DNA from: an uncultured delta proteobacterium
GTDB lineage: Bacteria; Desulfobacterota; Binatia; UBA9968
Length of the DNA stretch: 64,000 bases
NCBI GenBank assembly: GCA_963804165.1
Contig: CAWDPO010000043.1
Location: 320,001-384,000 of the forward strand
Reading direction: 5' to 3'
The notes beneath the pieces were generated by a model that saw only the letters and a program-made list of their open reading frames with translations, was not told the DNA's origin and did no database searches. A program made the translations under genes and the position numbers. Below are positions 62,231 through 64,000 of this stretch, piece after piece. Numbering within the stretch: the stretch's first letter is position 1; the number at the start of each line of letters is the position of its first letter.

Positions 62231-62365
62231 TTGTACGAGCGGCGTCAGATCAATGATGCGCAGGATCGAGAAACGGTGCTGTCCGATCGCTCACGTAGAA
62301 GATCACGACGCACAAGGGTTCGCTGCTGACGCCCACGCGCACCGCCATGCCCACCAGTGCCCATG

Positions 62366-62710
62366 TTATGTCCTCTTGCGCCCGAGCTGATTTCGGCCGT
62401 TACGATCTGCATCGTCAACACGCCTCAGCGAGCAGACACCCTTATTGATACCCATCTCGATGATCGTTTTAACTTCGGCCGGCGAGTTTTTCGCGCAGTA
62501 ATACCCGCTTAAAATTCTTCCGTCTTTGGCAATCATTCGTATTGGCATGCCGTCGTATCTCTCGGCGTAGACCCTGCACCTGGTAGCGTTGGGCAAGCCT
62601 TGCCGAGTTAAAATTTTGAGATTCTCACAGACTGCACCGGATTTACTGAAACAACAGGCGCCGCATCGATTACACTCGCCGGTTAACAGAGCAACGACGG
62701 GGTTAGGCAT
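62366..62710 (-). CDS. CxxCxxCC cysteine-cluster (YkgJ-like) protein
   Basis: GECNRCGACC..C..L..CRVYAER. Confidence 0.75.
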   Translation of the reverse strand: MPNPVVALLTGECNRCGACCFSKSGAVCENLKILTRQGLPNATRCRVYAERYDGMPIRMIAKDGRILSGYYCAKNSPAEVKTIIEMGINKGVCSLRRVDDADRNGRNQLGRKRT

Positions 62711-62826
62711 GAGTCTGGATTCTAAGATTGGTCACCTTCGGAAAGCACTTCCTAACGGGATGCCGTGGAATCGCGGCCTGCTCTTTCAGGACCTCTGCGG
62801 AGACGAGTCTGGTGAAACGGAAATTC

Positions 62827-64000
62827 TTACGGCGTGCCGACTTTTCGCCTGAGATATTGCCCCGGCGAGGCATCCGTGACCTTGGCGCGAGGAGCGCCCT
62901 CGGGCCATTCCATGACGATCTGGCCGCGGACGACGGTCATGACCGGCCAACCCGTGACATCCCAGCCCTCGTAAACTGACCAAGGGGTTACAGTGTGTAG
63001 AAGCTCTTTGGTGATCGTTGCGCGCCGTTTTAGATCGACGACGATCAAATCGGCGTCGGCGCCGGGAAGAATCGCGCCCTTTTTTGGATAAAGGCCGAAG
63101 ATGCGCGCGGGGTTTTCACTTGCGACTTGGGCCAACCGTTGGATCGAGATTCGTCCTTTGTTCACACCCTCGCTCAACATCATCGGCAGCATGCCTTCGA
63201 CGCGCGATGGAAAACCGCTGATTGTGGTAAAGACGTTCCCCGTTTCCATGGACTCGCGGGTTCTTGTATGCGCGACGTGATCGCTGCCGATGCAATCGAT
63301 GGCGCCCGACGAAAGCGCATTCCATAGCGCTTCATGCGTGGAGCGGTCGCGCAGCGGCACGTTGATCTTCCAAGCATCTTTGTGCAGGACGAGATAGTGA
63401 GTGCCGATTTCGCTGTAGACCGTCAAGCCTTCGGCTTTGGCTTTCTCGATTTCCGTAACGGTATCCGTCGTCGTGCAGTGCACTATGTAAATCGGACAGC
63501 GGGCGATGCGGGCGTAGTAAAGGTATGTTCGGGCGTGGCCGACCTCGGTGAAAGCCGGCGAGCGATCGTCCCACGCGCCCATATCGGTGCGGCCCGCCTC
63601 CATGAGCTGTTTCTGCAGCACTTGGGCGATTTCCCAGTTCTCGCAGTGAAGCAGCGCGATGGCGGGCGCGCCTAGCTTGGCGACTGCCTGGAAGACCGAG
63701 TAAATACTGCCGTCGTCGAAAAAGTAAGCCGGCCATGAAGACTTCCACGGACCTTGCATCTGCAAATGGAGCTTAAAGGAGCTGATGCCGTGCTCTCTCG
63801 CCAGATAAGGAATTTCCGTGACTTGCTCGTCAGTGCTGACGATCGGCGTGAGGAAAAAATCGATGGCCGCGGTTTTCGACGCCTTGTAGAAAATCGGCAT
63901 CGCCGTGGTGAAATTTGGAATATCCGCCGGTCCCTTCACTTTCTCAGCGCCGCCGGTGATCGCGAGGCTGACAAGCTGCAAGCCCCATGTCGTCACACCG
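62827..64000 (-). CDS. cyclic amidohydrolase (dihydropyrimidinase/allantoinase/dihydroorotase family), 5' end off the window
   Basis: GISSFK, LHCEN, YIVHCT, KINVPLR, IGSDH, NPARIFGLYPKKGAILPGADADL. Confidence 0.92.
   Translation of the reverse strand, partial: GVTTWGLQLVSLAITGGAEKVKGPADIPNFTTAMPIFYKASKTAAIDFFLTPIVSTDEQVTEIPYLAREHGISSFKLHLQMQGPWKSSWPAYFFDDGSIYSVFQAVAKLGAPAIALLHCENWEIAQVLQKQLMEAGRTDMGAWDDRSPAFTEVGHARTYLYYARIARCPIYIVHCTTTDTVTEIEKAKAEGLTVYSEIGTHYLVLHKDAWKINVPLRDRSTHEALWNALSSGAIDCIGSDHVAHTRTRESMETGNVFTTISGFPSRVEGMLPMMLSEGVNKGRISIQRLAQVASENPARIFGLYPKKGAILPGADADLIVVDLKRRATITKELLHTVTPWSVYEGWDVTGWPVMTVVRGQIVMEWPEGAPRAKVTDASPGQYLRRKVGTP

Noticed and set aside
1-64000. tRNA, rRNA, integrase or intact transposase genes
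   Set aside because: None recognised on either strand by inspection.

Overview
A GC-rich bacterial chromosomal segment. Gene content (many orphan NMT1/SsuA-type and Bug-type binding proteins, amidohydrolases, UbiD, multi-GAF kinase) resembles Candidatus Binatia / deltaproteobacteria-like soil genomes; this is inference only. Most of the window is catabolic and transport genes for aromatic and N-heterocyclic compounds. Many genes carry patchy frameshifts that look like long-read indel errors. The main observation is a ~13.7 kb, visibly lower-GC accessory island (32.2-45.9 kb). It is punctuated by ten copies of a 30-bp 12-6-12 site, plus one degenerate copy. One arm is conserved (GATTGAACTGAA / TTCAGTTCAATC) and resembles the XerD arm of dif, and there are two fixed 6-bp spacer classes (CGACGC, GGAGAA) in opposite orientations. 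The sites bracket single-gene cargo modules and no recombinase lies in the window, so this is a candidate chromosomal dif-module-like gene-cassette array. One module contains a genuine integron attC cassette. Also notable: a MamK-like actin coupled to a cell-wall amidase without magnetosome genes, two toxin-antitoxin loci each flanked by duplicated 3' gene fragments, and an A-PCP gene with an in-frame TGA.
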